Assembly (NCBI GenBank): GCA_029838195.1
Contig: JALGVJ010000009.1
Coordinates: forward strand, 1-64,000
DNA: 64,000 nucleotides
Direction: 5' to 3'
Source: Promethearchaeota archaeon
GTDB taxonomy: Archaea > Asgardarchaeota > Lokiarchaeia > Sigyniarchaeales > SOKP01
In this document: positions 18,335 through 29,428 of the stretch, in pieces
Layout of the letters: each line of letters opens with the position of its first letter
Numbering within the stretch: position 1 is the stretch's first letter
Notes under the pieces: generated by a model
What the model was told of the DNA's origin: nothing
Database searches by the model: none
What the model saw: the letters and a program-made list of their open reading frames with translations, nothing else
Position numbers and translations under genes: made by a program

Positions 18335-19069
18335 ATGGGAATTGAAGAGTTAACAGAATTGGAGATTCTTCAGGGTAGTTTCACGTTAACATTCGTGATA
18401 ATCTCCATTTTACTTGGATTAATTATTTTATTGAAATACTTATCAATAAAGAAGCGGGAATTCATTTGGGTGGGATTAACATGGATTTTTCTCAGTTCGG
18501 GGTGGTGGGGGAGCTCTTTTTCGTTTTTATCAATAGTTTTATTTAATTATCGTTTTGGAGTATTTCTTTACATTTTTATAGCAAATATTTTCATTCCGAT
18601 AGCGGTTTTGTGTTGGATGAATGCCGTGGGGATTCTCATGTATAAAGAGTGGAAGAAAAGAATTAACATTATAACGTTAATAATTTGTATTCCGTATGAA
18701 ATTGCCTTGATCGTGATGTTAATTATAGATCCATTACTATTGGGGGAGATCAAGCAGACATTCTATTATCAACCTTCCTTATTTCCCTTAATATTCCAAA
18801 TTTTTGCGCTTTTAATTACCATATCCACGGGCATTTTGTTTTCAGTTCGCTCAATGAAGTCAAATGATCCTATCGTGGTTTGGAAGGCGAGATTTTTGCT
18901 AATTGGGTTCATATCATTCACGGGAGGGGCATTTATCGACGCAACGATTACCATGACGCCATTATTATTAATCGTGATACGATTGATTCTGATTTTCAGT
19001 TCTTTAATGTATTTTTTGGGGTTTCTATTGCCTGACATGATATCTAAATTTTTAATTTCAGAAAAATGA
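18335..19069 (+). CDS. Seven-TM membrane protein of unknown function
   Basis: About seven hydrophobic segments; GAGGTG SD upstream. Confidence 0.75.
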   Translation: MGIEELTELEILQGSFTLTFVIISILLGLIILLKYLSIKKREFIWVGLTWIFLSSGWWGSSFSFLSIVLFNYRFGVFLYIFIANIFIPIAVLCWMNAVGILMYKEWKKRINIITLIICIPYEIALIVMLIIDPLLLGEIKQTFYYQPSLFPLIFQIFALLITISTGILFSVRSMKSNDPIVVWKARFLLIGFISFTGGAFIDATITMTPLLLIVIRLILIFSSLMYFLGFLLPDMISKFLISEK

Positions 19070-19287
19070 CCTATTTCACATTTAAGTTTTTTTTTTCCCT
19101 TTTAAAAATGAATTATTTTCATTTTAGGAGACATGAAGGTATTCAATAAATAATCTTTAGATTCTTCTCAAATGATATTAATAATGGTAAATTGTGGAGA
19201 AGAAAAAGAAATAAAGGTTCAAGCATGGATAGGGCTTGATACCCGAACAATAAGGAACCATGAAACAAAAAATAAAAATAAAAAAAA

Positions 19288-20394
19288 TTAAGGTTCCTCC
19301 AAAGATTCTTCAGGTTGGGCCATCTCTAATGCTGATTCTGCGGGTTTAGCTTTTTGTTCACGATCCTTTTTGATGTAAAAATTCATGCCATAGATTCCAA
19401 GGAAGAAAGTAAGGGGAATGAAGAGGAGGAAAACCACGATGCTCTTGAACAAGCTAGCTTCTATTCCAGGCAAGCCCTCCGCAAATCGATAAGAAGCCGT
19501 GCTAAACATTAACCAGAGAAGGACAGTATCCCATCCGAAGATTTTTAACTTGTTTTTAAGAAATTCAGATTGTTCTCCGAGCAGATTTCCGAAACTGTTT
19601 AATAGGAGTAATAAATTTCCGAAAAATAGAATGAGTTGAACAGCGAGAGGTTGTCCTGTTCCCGTATCTGGTTGTAGATTTGAAGAAATGGAGTACATTT
19701 GATAAGCAGCATAAATGGCAACGCCAAGGAAAAACACGCCAATCCATGTATTTAAAATGCCCCGCATATTAACGATCAAGGCGATGACGGTCAATAAAAT
19801 GATGATGATGACCAAGAACAAGGCGACACCATAAACATTAAATTGGTTTTCGTCAATCGTATACCCTAGCAAGTTAATCAGGATAAAAGCCGTTGCAAAG
19901 ATTAAGATTACCGATATAATGCATCCACCTAGAAATACACTCCATTTTGCTATTTCTTTTAGGACTTTGGGGAATTTTTCGATGGTTTCATGAACTTTTA
20001 CTCCTAATCTATAAAAAGAATAAACCGTGAAAAACGCCGTAATGATCATATAAGAGACAAAAGCTACGTAAAACAAGTAAATCCCAATGTAAACTAAAAG
20101 CACGATAAAAGGAAGGGCAATAATTAAATGGAAGATAATTCGCTTGGTGGTAAACTCATGAACTTTCTTTCGCGAGAAAAGCGAAGCAAAGAAAAAGATG
20201 AGACACACTCCCATGAGAGGTAAAAACACGATGACGCCAACCAGAGGAGGTAAGAATTCGAAAAAAATGTATCCAATCAAGGTCCAAATCGTTAATACGA
20301 GATATACTTTATTTTTTCCTTCACTTAATTTTTTTAAATTCGAAAAACTCATGATAAAGGAATAATAATATTTTTTGTATTTAAAGATTCTCAA
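19288..20394 (-). CDS. Polytopic membrane protein, unknown function
   Basis: About 10 hydrophobic segments. Confidence 0.75.
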   Translation of the reverse strand: MRIFKYKKYYYSFIMSFSNLKKLSEGKNKVYLVLTIWTLIGYIFFEFLPPLVGVIVFLPLMGVCLIFFFASLFSRKKVHEFTTKRIIFHLIIALPFIVLLVYIGIYLFYVAFVSYMIITAFFTVYSFYRLGVKVHETIEKFPKVLKEIAKWSVFLGGCIISVILIFATAFILINLLGYTIDENQFNVYGVALFLVIIIILLTVIALIVNMRGILNTWIGVFFLGVAIYAAYQMYSISSNLQPDTGTGQPLAVQLILFFGNLLLLLNSFGNLLGEQSEFLKNKLKIFGWDTVLLWLMFSTASYRFAEGLPGIEASLFKSIVVFLLFIPLTFFLGIYGMNFYIKKDREQKAKPAESALEMAQPEESLEEP

Positions 20395-20603
20395 AAATTA
20401 GGATAAAAAAGGGTTGAATAAATGAACCATATTTTAAATCGTACAAAAACCATATAAGTCTTCTCGGCAAATGTGAAGGAATTGGATCTTGTTTGTTTCA
20501 ACCATGCAAATTTTAAAGAAGGATGAGAAAATGTCCCATTTTTGGAGCAGAAAAGCAACTATCTCTCATGCCATGCTATATAAATCAATGTTAATTTATT
20601 TTC

Positions 20604-21401
20604 TTGATGGAAGAAAAGTTTTTCATTTCTAAAAGCGTGGGAGGAACTCTCAGTGCAGTTCTTTACACGACCCATGAGCCCTTTATTTTCGACGAAAAAG
20701 AAAAAGCACCCCTAATAATAATGTGTCATGGATTTACCGGGGATAAAGATGAATGGGGTCGATATCCAAGAGCCGCAAAAATCTTTAATGAGGAGGGTTT
20801 TGATGCTCTTACTTTTGATTTTTCTGGTTCCGGAGAAAACGAACGAGAAGTCGTTACCTTATCGAAACAAGTAAGAGATTTAACGGATGTCCATTCTTGG
20901 GCAAAAGAGCTCGGTTATACATGGATTGCTTTATTAGGGTTATCATTTGGTGGCTTAACGGTCTTGGTGTCTAATTTACCAGAGATTAAAACTATGGTCT
21001 TATGGGCTCCAGTTCTATATTATAGAGAAACGTTCGAGGATGAAAAATTAAATTTATTTAAAATTTTGGATAATCTACATAAACGCCCCTTAAAATTACC
21101 CTCATCAGGCGTAGGGGGAAAAATATTGGTTGATAAAAGTTTTTCTGAAGATCTCTTGAGTCTTGATATTGATTCCTTGTTAAGGGTTCATGAGATCCCC
21201 ACGATCATCATTCAAGGAACAGAAGATACTGTTGTAAAAGCTGAATCGACGAGAAGAGCATTCTCTTTACTACCTCCCGATAAAGGACATCAATTGATTG
21301 AAATAAAAGGAGCAACTCACGATTTTGATAATGCCCATTTAGAGCAATTCATAAATGTTTCGTTAGAATGGCTAAAAAGAATCCGAAGAAAAACAAAATA
21401 A
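20604..21401 (+). CDS. Alpha/beta hydrolase
   Basis: CHGFTG, DFSGSGE, GLSFGG nucleophile elbow, QGTEDTVV, GATH. Confidence 0.9.
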   Translation: MMEEKFFISKSVGGTLSAVLYTTHEPFIFDEKEKAPLIIMCHGFTGDKDEWGRYPRAAKIFNEEGFDALTFDFSGSGENEREVVTLSKQVRDLTDVHSWAKELGYTWIALLGLSFGGLTVLVSNLPEIKTMVLWAPVLYYRETFEDEKLNLFKILDNLHKRPLKLPSSGVGGKILVDKSFSEDLLSLDIDSLLRVHEIPTIIIQGTEDTVVKAESTRRAFSLLPPDKGHQLIEIKGATHDFDNAHLEQFINVSLEWLKRIRRKTK

Positions 21402-21415
21402 AATAAGAGGAGATT

Positions 21416-22645
21416 TCATGGAATCATTTTTAGATAATGAAACGCCGTAAGGGCAAAGAGCTTTGTTGTATTTATTAAATCTTCGATATATACGAATTCA
21501 TCTTCCGCATGAACATTATTATCAAATCTGGAAGATCCAATCAAGATGGTTTCGATTCCCCGTTCTTGGAACCAATGGGCATCAGTGGAGGGCAGAAAGA
21601 GTTTAAATTCCCGTTCTTCATTAAACACGCCTCTTGTTGCGCTTCGCACTGCTTGAGCAAATGGCGAGTTTTCATTAATCACTTGCGGTTCGAATACAAC
21701 GGGCATTTGAACCGTGATATCTAAGTAGGGATCTTCTTTTTTTAAATTTTCAATGTATTCCAAAATCCTTGATTTTATGCTGGCTACATCTTGTTCAGGA
21801 ATGGTGTTAATGGAACAATGTAAAAAGCACTTATCCGGAACGGTCGTGATTTTATTTCCGCCGTGAATCTCTGCCATGTTTACACTACTAACAGCAGCGT
21901 TCCAACCGGGCGGCATGGGATATTTTGTTTCCTTTTTAAGAAATTCTCGTTTTAATTCCATTAAAAAGTTTTGAATTTTTAGCATTTTTTCAATTGCATT
22001 AATTCCGGATTTCTCGTTTCGATAAGGTGGGGGTAAATCGGGAAAGCCTAACCCATGTGCTTGCTTTCCTTTTATTGTGAAAGTCACATACATGCATCCT
22101 CCGCAATATCCAAAGGGATAATCACTGGGAGCATCTCCTAACAAACATGCATCTCCTTGAATGATTTTTTTATCCAATAGATAATCAGCTCCCCTAAATC
22201 CCCCCGTTTCTTCGTCAATTACCGCCGTAAGAATGAGTTTTCCATTGATTTTTAATTTTTCTTCCAATAATGCCTTAGTCGCAAAGATTTCTGCCGTCAC
22301 GCTGGATTTATCATCGGAAGCTCCGCGCCCATAGATTCTTCCATTTACAATTTCTCCTCCAAATGGATCTTTCGTCCATCCTGAAAATGCTTCAACGGTA
22401 TCTAAATGTCCATAGAAAATTAGAGTGGGCCCTTTTCCTCCGTTTATTTCTCCTATTACATTGTCTCTTTTTATCATTGTTTTTAATCCTAAAGAGTTAA
22501 ATGCGTCCCCCGTAAATCTGGCAATCTCCTTATATTTTCGGGGAGGATTTTCAGAAGGAATTCTGACGATTTGTTGGTGGAAATCAATAATTTCATCCCG
22601 CATTTCGTCAATTCGATTTAATATTTTCTTTTCTACTTCTTTCAT
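21416..22645 (-). CDS. M20 family metallopeptidase/deacylase (ArgE/DapE-like)
   Basis: GHLDTV, GRGASDDK, DEETGG, HAEDE. Confidence 0.92.
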   Translation of the reverse strand: MKEVEKKILNRIDEMRDEIIDFHQQIVRIPSENPPRKYKEIARFTGDAFNSLGLKTMIKRDNVIGEINGGKGPTLIFYGHLDTVEAFSGWTKDPFGGEIVNGRIYGRGASDDKSSVTAEIFATKALLEEKLKINGKLILTAVIDEETGGFRGADYLLDKKIIQGDACLLGDAPSDYPFGYCGGCMYVTFTIKGKQAHGLGFPDLPPPYRNEKSGINAIEKMLKIQNFLMELKREFLKKETKYPMPPGWNAAVSSVNMAEIHGGNKITTVPDKCFLHCSINTIPEQDVASIKSRILEYIENLKKEDPYLDITVQMPVVFEPQVINENSPFAQAVRSATRGVFNEEREFKLFLPSTDAHWFQERGIETILIGSSRFDNNVHAEDEFVYIEDLINTTKLFALTAFHYLKMIP

Positions 22646-22971
22646 GATTTAATACGTTATTGTAATTTATATTTAAAGATAATTTGGTGAGAGTACATTA
22701 AAAGTTTTTGTTTATATTTTTTACCTAGTAATTTAATGAGTGGAGTGGGGAATCCTTTAATAAACTATTAGAGAAACTAATTTTTTTTCCATATTGACCA
22801 TTAATGGCAAGGTGTTTAATATCTGAGAATTTTAAGAGCAATGTCGACGTCGAAAAAGAATTATTAATCTCTCGAGAAAAGCAAAATTATCAAATTAAAA
22901 GTTGGGAAAACGACTTGCGGAAATAAAAAAAGAAAAAAGGGGGATCTTGAACAAGAATTAAATAAGTACAC

Positions 22972-24561
22972 TTACCATATAATATTTGCAATTATATTTT
23001 TAGCTTTATCCGCTTCTTTTTGCTTGAGTATCTTTTTTACGCGAAGATCATTGATGGCGTCCTCAAGAAGCGTGTCGAGGTTCTTCATTTCTATTAAATT
23101 AGCTTTTTGACTTTCATTTTCTGTTAAATCAACCATGGGGGGAAATTTATTCATTAGATCTCGAATTTTATCCCGAAAACTATCAGTTATCTTGTTATGA
23201 AGTATTTTATTTTTGTCAATCATTACCGGGAAAATGGGTGCTCGTTCGACCGTTTTTTTAGTGTCAGGATTAACAAACACGAATACAAAAATCGGAATTC
23301 CTACCACAATATTTTTTGTTTTAATTTCAATTGTATAATCATTTAGAAACTGTTGAACATTAGTTAATTCCATGTCTTTAATGGTTTCAATATTATTCAA
23401 GCACGATTGTTTTTCTTCTCGAATTAGCACCACGAGAGCTTCCATGTCTGCGACTTGACTGCTTAATTGTCCGTGTTTTTCTTCAATTTGTTTTTGTACT
23501 TCAGCTATTTTTGATTCTAGGGATGCTATCTTCTGTTTATGTACTTTTTCAATCTGATAAAGTTCTTGGTCGATGTTTTTCTTTAATTGATTTATTTCCG
23601 TTTTATATCTATCAATGGAATTGCCTAAATTTTTATATTGAATAGTAAGATTATTCATTGCTTCGTCCACTAGGAATAAATTCTTATTATTCACGGCATT
23701 TTTTAATTTTTCAAGCGCCCCGTGGATAGAATTAAGATCTCTATTTAATTCGCCAGTGCGGTCCATGATCTTATATTTTCCTGATTTAAGTAAATCATTT
23801 GGCTCTGTTTCGATTTTTTTTTCTTTTTCATTTTGAAGTTCTTTATTGAGAATTGTCAGTTGTTTCTCTTCCTCTTTCGTATCTACTTTAGAGGCTCTTA
23901 ATTCATCCGCTTCTTGTGAAATTTTTTGGATCCATGTATCGCATAAAGAACTAATCGTGTCCGCATGAGCATCCAACATTTTAATATCCTTCAAATCGAC
24001 AAAATCATGGATTTCTTGAACGATTTTAATTTGATCCACGCTTTTGGCAATGGGTTCTCCTTCCAGTACAAAATATTGTTCGTTTAATGCATTCAAATCA
24101 TACATTTCAAGAAAAAAATTCTTGAAATAATCTACCTCTTTGGAACTAAATAGGGCTTCCTGAACCACGGTATTTCTTTTATAATTCTTAACTTTAGCCA
24201 AATAATTAGAATTATAAGAGCGCAGGGCATCTAAAAAAGAGCGTGCATCAGCAGCCTTAATCACGTTTTCTGGAGGTGGAGGTGATACGTTAAACGTTCC
24301 TACATTTAATTTTTCTGCTTTATTCAATAAATAGCTACACACGCAAGCACGAGTCTCTGTTAAGGGAACGAGACGAACAGGCCAAAAACACATGGCAATT
24401 CTATTGATCTTTCCCATTTTTTTGATTTTTTTTCCATAAAGCTTAATGCATTCAATCAGAGCCATACCGATCTCGTTTAGAAGCGTTGCTTTAGAACGGG
24501 CGGCACTGGGTTCGCCTATATTAATTAAAAAAGGTATGATTTTATCAACCACTCGAATCAC
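22972..24561 (-). CDS. Long coiled-coil protein, unknown function
   Basis: Heptad-rich central ~200 aa flanked by beta-rich FWPVRLVP and VGIPIFVF segments. Confidence 0.75.
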   Translation of the reverse strand: MIRVVDKIIPFLINIGEPSAARSKATLLNEIGMALIECIKLYGKKIKKMGKINRIAMCFWPVRLVPLTETRACVCSYLLNKAEKLNVGTFNVSPPPPENVIKAADARSFLDALRSYNSNYLAKVKNYKRNTVVQEALFSSKEVDYFKNFFLEMYDLNALNEQYFVLEGEPIAKSVDQIKIVQEIHDFVDLKDIKMLDAHADTISSLCDTWIQKISQEADELRASKVDTKEEEKQLTILNKELQNEKEKKIETEPNDLLKSGKYKIMDRTGELNRDLNSIHGALEKLKNAVNNKNLFLVDEAMNNLTIQYKNLGNSIDRYKTEINQLKKNIDQELYQIEKVHKQKIASLESKIAEVQKQIEEKHGQLSSQVADMEALVVLIREEKQSCLNNIETIKDMELTNVQQFLNDYTIEIKTKNIVVGIPIFVFVFVNPDTKKTVERAPIFPVMIDKNKILHNKITDSFRDKIRDLMNKFPPMVDLTENESQKANLIEMKNLDTLLEDAINDLRVKKILKQKEADKAKNIIANIIW

Positions 24562-24711
24562 TTTAAGGATAATATAACAATTTAGGTAATGAAAATTATT
24601 AAGTTTTTGTTATTAAGAAATTTGTAAATACCATGTAATTCTAAACATTTAAATGGTTTCACGACCGAATTTTATTTAATTAAGTAATATTTTCTCAAAG
24701 ATTTCAATCTC

Positions 24712-25677
24712 TTGAAAAGGGTGTTCTTGATAAAAAAAATTTATCTTCAGATAATTTTAATGATCCTTTGCGCAGTTTTCATTGCTTGGATCATATTAAC
24801 GCCCATATTTTTTGACTTTTATTGGAATGCATTGTTAAGAGCCTTCTTCCCTCATGCAGAGCTCTTTTTTAGATATATTACCGAATTAGGAGGAACTTTA
24901 CTCTATTTGGGAATTATTTTTAGTATTTATTGGGGAATTGATAAGAAATTTGGAAAAAATCTTTTTGTCATGTATTCCCTCTCCAGCATCATTAATTATT
25001 ACGCAAAAGCACTGATTGGGAATGAACGGCCTCCTCAAGACCAATGGATTCTCATTGGAGCCGGTCATTTAGCCACACCCAGTGGCCATGCCATGAGTTC
25101 AACGGTGTTTTGGGGATATTCTGCCATGAAGATTAAAAGAACGAGCATGTGGATTTCTTCTATCATCATCATTGTTTTAGTAGGATTATCCAGAATCTAT
25201 CTGGGAGTCCATTGGTTAGGAGATGTTCTCACAGGCTGGATTTTTGGAACCCTTATATTATCTTTAGCAGTTATCGCAGAACCCAAATTCGAAAGTTTGG
25301 TTAATCGCCATGGAATTACCTTTTTTTGCGTAACACTTGCTCTCCTAGGCGTGTTCCTTACAATAATTACTGATTTTCTATATCCCTTATCTCATTTATA
25401 TAATTTTGGAGATGAGGGAGGAAAGCTCATTGGATTCAGTATTGGAATTATTCTTGAGGAAGAACTTGTTAAATTTCAGGCCCATGAAGAACATTCAAGC
25501 ACGGGAAAAATAATCATGCGGGTGTTATTGGGTTTAATTTTATTTTCCATCATGTACATTGCGTTATATTTTACTTTAGATACAAGTAATACATGGCTTA
25601 ACGCTCTCGTGTATGTCCTTTCGCTACCCTTTGGGTTCTTTATTTGGCCTTTAATTTTTAAAAAAATGAAATTGTGA
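24712..25677 (+). CDS. PAP2 family membrane phosphatase
   Basis: K..IGNERP, PSGH, SRIYLGVHWLGDV. Confidence 0.92.
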   Translation: MKRVFLIKKIYLQIILMILCAVFIAWIILTPIFFDFYWNALLRAFFPHAELFFRYITELGGTLLYLGIIFSIYWGIDKKFGKNLFVMYSLSSIINYYAKALIGNERPPQDQWILIGAGHLATPSGHAMSSTVFWGYSAMKIKRTSMWISSIIIIVLVGLSRIYLGVHWLGDVLTGWIFGTLILSLAVIAEPKFESLVNRHGITFFCVTLALLGVFLTIITDFLYPLSHLYNFGDEGGKLIGFSIGIILEEELVKFQAHEEHSSTGKIIMRVLLGLILFSIMYIALYFTLDTSNTWLNALVYVLSLPFGFFIWPLIFKKMKL

Positions 25678-25934
25678 AAAGGTTGGATGACATGAAAATC
25701 ATGAATGACGATAAGAAAAATTCTAATAATAATTATAATAATAATAAAAGTAAAATGAATGATAAGGACTATATCCTCTTATGGGGATTCATTTTTCTCA
25801 TCCTTGGATTAATTGGATTGATTCAATTAAGCTTCATGGAACAATTGTTCAGCCTCATTGTCCCTTCAATATTGTTTATTTTCATTGGAACCATTATATT
25901 TATTAGACAAGTTTTAAAATCTAAAAATAACTAG
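25674..25934 (+). CDS. Small two-TM membrane protein
   Basis: Two hydrophobic helices; overlaps the PAP2 stop; true start may be a downstream ATG. Confidence 0.55.
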   Translation: MKRLDDMKIMNDDKKNSNNNYNNNKSKMNDKDYILLWGFIFLILGLIGLIQLSFMEQLFSLIVPSILFIFIGTIIFIRQVLKSKNN

Positions 25935-25990
25935 TAAAATTTATTTCTCGTAAAAGATATAAAATACGATTTAATTATAATAAATGAGGT

Positions 25991-26830
25991 GTGTTAAATC
26001 TGTTAATTGATAAATTTCTTGAGGGAAAAGGAGCTGTAATCACAGGCGGGGCTTCTGGATTTGGTCGTGGAGTCGCTCACGCCTTTGCAGAGCACGGTGC
26101 TGATTTAGTGCTGGTTGATATTAATAAAGACTTGCTCGAAGAAACCAGCTCCGATGTTGAAAAGAAATATGGAAGAAAAGTAGTGCCGATTGTTTGCGAC
26201 GTTTCCAAATCGAATCAAGTAGAAGCTATGGCAAAACAAGCAGCCAAGGAATTAGACAACATCTTTTTCTTGTTCAACAACGCAGGAATTGCAACAGCAT
26301 ATGGTCGAAACATTTGCAGAATAAAAGAAGATGATTGGGATAAAATAATGGCCGTAAATCTAAAGGGTCAATGGTTAGTTGCCAAAGCCTTTTGGAGAAA
26401 ATTGAAAGCCAACAAATTCGAACCCATTGCGGGTAAAATCGTTTGCACGGCTTCAATCGCAGGAATGGTCGTTGACCCGAAAATTCCTTCCTATAGTATC
26501 ACAAAGGCGGGAGTGATTGCTCTAACGCAACTTCTTGCAAAAACCTTAGCACCGAAAGTCACGGCAAACGCGATCGCCCCAGGATTTCACGTTACGGGCA
26601 TTTACCTGAACAGTGAACGAGATATGAAAATAACGTATATCGATGGCAATGTAAAAACGCCTTTGAGTCGATTTGGAACAGTTCAAGACGTGGTTAATGT
26701 AGTATTATTTTTGGCATCACCGCTTTCAGATTTTATTACGGGGCATGTACTTCCTGTTGATGGGGGAATCGCTGAAGTGGGAGTTCCTCCTCATGACATT
26801 CACGACTCTATTTATGATGATGTGGAATAG
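25991..26830 (+). CDS. Classical SDR oxidoreductase
   Basis: TGGASGFG, NNAG, YSITK, NAIAPG, VDGG. Confidence 0.93.
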   Translation: MLNLLIDKFLEGKGAVITGGASGFGRGVAHAFAEHGADLVLVDINKDLLEETSSDVEKKYGRKVVPIVCDVSKSNQVEAMAKQAAKELDNIFFLFNNAGIATAYGRNICRIKEDDWDKIMAVNLKGQWLVAKAFWRKLKANKFEPIAGKIVCTASIAGMVVDPKIPSYSITKAGVIALTQLLAKTLAPKVTANAIAPGFHVTGIYLNSERDMKITYIDGNVKTPLSRFGTVQDVVNVVLFLASPLSDFITGHVLPVDGGIAEVGVPPHDIHDSIYDDVE

Positions 26831-27327
26831 AAATCAATACTGGGCTCTCGCATGGAATAAAATAATATAAATTTATTTTTTATTTTGTAATATTATTTTT
26901 CTTTTTTTTGAAAATATGGAGGTCATGCATTTTTTTGAGGGAAGCTTTTAGTAAACTAATATAATTTGGGAAAAAGAATATAATCTCTCTATTAATGAAA
27001 TATCATCTTTTTTCCATGGTAGAGAAGAAATCTCAAGCGTCCTATTTATAGGTTTGATAAACCATGATAAGAATGGAGAAGTTTATAGATTGGGGGAAAA
27101 TTTAATTTTAACACCACATTATTTAATAGGCCAATGCCAATTTCTTGATGTTCTTTTTTTTTAATTCATTTTTTAGTTAAATGTTCTATTTTTTTTTACG
27201 CCCTTAATTTTTCTATTGCGTTATCAGATTTTTTAAAATTTCTTACTATATTTATTAAATCGTAATTTTTTACGTATAATCTTAACCGCTTTACAAAAAA
27301 TTGGACAAGAAATTCAATTTATTTTAA

Positions 27328-27963
27328 TTAAAAAGTAGGCCTAACGGGGCTCATTATTTCTTCGAAACCCAATCTCGTCATGAATTTATAGGCACTTTTA
27401 TTTTCTGAGAAAACTTTGCATTTGAGCTCGCTAACGTTTTTTTTTTTAAAGAAATCCCAACTCGCGATGGCTAAAGCCGTTCCTATCCCTTGGTATCGAA
27501 ATTCAGAGAGAATTCCAATTCCGATGATATTTCCGACTTTTTCATGATTTTTTTCTACTTTTAATATAATGAATCCGACATCCTCAGAATCTTGACTTGC
27601 AATGAGGATTGTAATGTCAGGATTTTTAATGGCATTTAATAAAGTAGAATTTTGTATGGGGTTGAACGGCATGGTAGCGGTGGACCACGAAATATTATAA
27701 AGATCTCGCACAATATTTACATCTTTTTTATGAGCTTCGCGAATCTTGATGGTACTCAACACGTGCTCATATTTTTTTCGAAGGGCGGATTCAAATTCCT
27801 TAGTTATTTTATATATAGGAAGGCGCATTTCAATGAAATGACGACCATCTTTCGCATTAGTTAGTGAATTCTCAAATTCTCTAACATGATGAGTGAAGGA
27901 ATCTTTTTGTCTTTCAATCCAATTCCGGATTTTATTAAGCATTTTATCTATAGTATATTTCAT
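27328..27963 (-). CDS. GNAT acetyltransferase
   Basis: GILSEFRYQGIG, NKSAYKFMTRLGF. Confidence 0.88.
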   Translation of the reverse strand: MKYTIDKMLNKIRNWIERQKDSFTHHVREFENSLTNAKDGRHFIEMRLPIYKITKEFESALRKKYEHVLSTIKIREAHKKDVNIVRDLYNISWSTATMPFNPIQNSTLLNAIKNPDITILIASQDSEDVGFIILKVEKNHEKVGNIIGIGILSEFRYQGIGTALAIASWDFFKKKNVSELKCKVFSENKSAYKFMTRLGFEEIMSPVRPTF

Positions 27964-28129
27964 GTTTTTTATTTCGTGGCATTAAGTGAAAAATAATTTT
28001 GAATGAATAAAGTTTTGCTAATTTAATCAAAAATAAATAAAAGGTATTATTTAATTAAAATTAGAAATTTTTAATAATGGATTTAACGAAATATATACAC
28101 AAAATTATTTACTAAATTGGTGCGAAAAA

Positions 28130-28531
28130 ATGTATGAAATGTTAATGGCAATTTTTCAAATCCTTATTGGAATTGGCTTCATTGGCTTTTGGATCATGTT
28201 TTATTTCACGGAGTATAAGAGTGAAACACGGAAAATGGATGAGATCTCCTTCAAACATGAATTATCGTTTCCCCTTCCCGATTTAGGATGGATTACCCCC
28301 TGCTTGTTCATTGCGGCTATTGGACTTCTTTTAATGCAAAAATTCGGATACTTTTTTTCTGCTTTAGCAGGAGCAGGAATGATTTTTTTAGGCTTGATCG
28401 ATTTTGCGTTTGATTACCAGAACGATGTGTTCAAGAAGAAAAGCTTTGACACGTACATGGCAATTTTCATTATAGGACTTAATTTAATTTTTGGTCCAAT
28501 CTTTATTATGTATGCTTGGATGAACTTATGA
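28130..28531 (+). CDS. Four-TM membrane protein
   Basis: Hydrophobic segments; HELSFPLPD loop. Confidence 0.7.
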   Translation: MYEMLMAIFQILIGIGFIGFWIMFYFTEYKSETRKMDEISFKHELSFPLPDLGWITPCLFIAAIGLLLMQKFGYFFSALAGAGMIFLGLIDFAFDYQNDVFKKKSFDTYMAIFIIGLNLIFGPIFIMYAWMNL

Positions 28532-28576
28532 ATTTAATTTTAATTCAAAAATTCCATGTAAAGAGGCAAATAAATC

Positions 28577-29428
28577 ATGGTAAAAGAAAAATTAATCCAA
28601 AAACAACCGTTTAAAGGGAAAACGGCTATCATCTGCGGCGGTTCCTCCGGAATGGGATTGGCAATGGCGAAACTTTTTGTTCAGTATGGAGGAAACGTGT
28701 GCATCATCGCCCGAAGAGTCGATGTTTTAAATCAAGCAACGAAAGAAATTGAAAGCGTGAAAAGCGAAAATACCGAATTTGTAGAAAACATCTCCTGTGA
28801 TACCACGGATTTTGAGAAATTGAAACCGTTATTAGAAAATTTTGTTTCTCGGCACGGTGTCCCGGATTATTTATTTAATGCCGTAGGATATGCCTGCTCA
28901 AAATACGTTCAAGATTATACTCTCGAAGATTTTAAAAACAACATGAATGTGAATTATTATGGACAACTAGTTCCCATTCTCATTCTCTTACCTCATTTCA
29001 TGAAGGAAAAAAAAGGTCATATTATTAATTTCTCTTCCATGATGGGATATTTCGGGATAATGGGATACGTTGCTTATGCCCCAACGAAACATGCGATTGT
29101 TGGATTATCAGAAGCTCTTAGAAATGAATTAATTCCGTATAATATAAAAATCTCTGTGGTATATCCTCCCGATACAAATACCCCCGGATTACAAAAAGAA
29201 AACGAAACTAAGCCCGAAGAATGTAAAATGTTGTCAGAAAGCGCCAAAATGTTAGAGCCCGAAGAGGTTGCCGATGTCGTTATTGATGGCGTATTAAAAG
29301 GAAAATATAATATATTACCCGGGGAAGCAAAGATGATTTGGCGATTATTCCGCCATTTTCCACGCTTAGTACGATTTATCGTGGATAATGATTATAAGAA
29401 AGCCAGAAAAAAATTAGGTAAAGAGTGA
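28577..29428 (+). CDS. SDR oxidoreductase, KDSR/Tsc10-like subgroup
   Basis: GGSSGMG, YAPTK, EALRNEL, VVYPPDTNTPG..ENETKP. Confidence 0.8.
   Translation: MVKEKLIQKQPFKGKTAIICGGSSGMGLAMAKLFVQYGGNVCIIARRVDVLNQATKEIESVKSENTEFVENISCDTTDFEKLKPLLENFVSRHGVPDYLFNAVGYACSKYVQDYTLEDFKNNMNVNYYGQLVPILILLPHFMKEKKGHIINFSSMMGYFGIMGYVAYAPTKHAIVGLSEALRNELIPYNIKISVVYPPDTNTPGLQKENETKPEECKMLSESAKMLEPEEVADVVIDGVLKGKYNILPGEAKMIWRLFRHFPRLVRFIVDNDYKKARKKLGKE

Noticed and set aside
26955-27180. Open frame in the SDR-GNAT spacer
   Set aside because: No start codon or SD and no recognisable motif.
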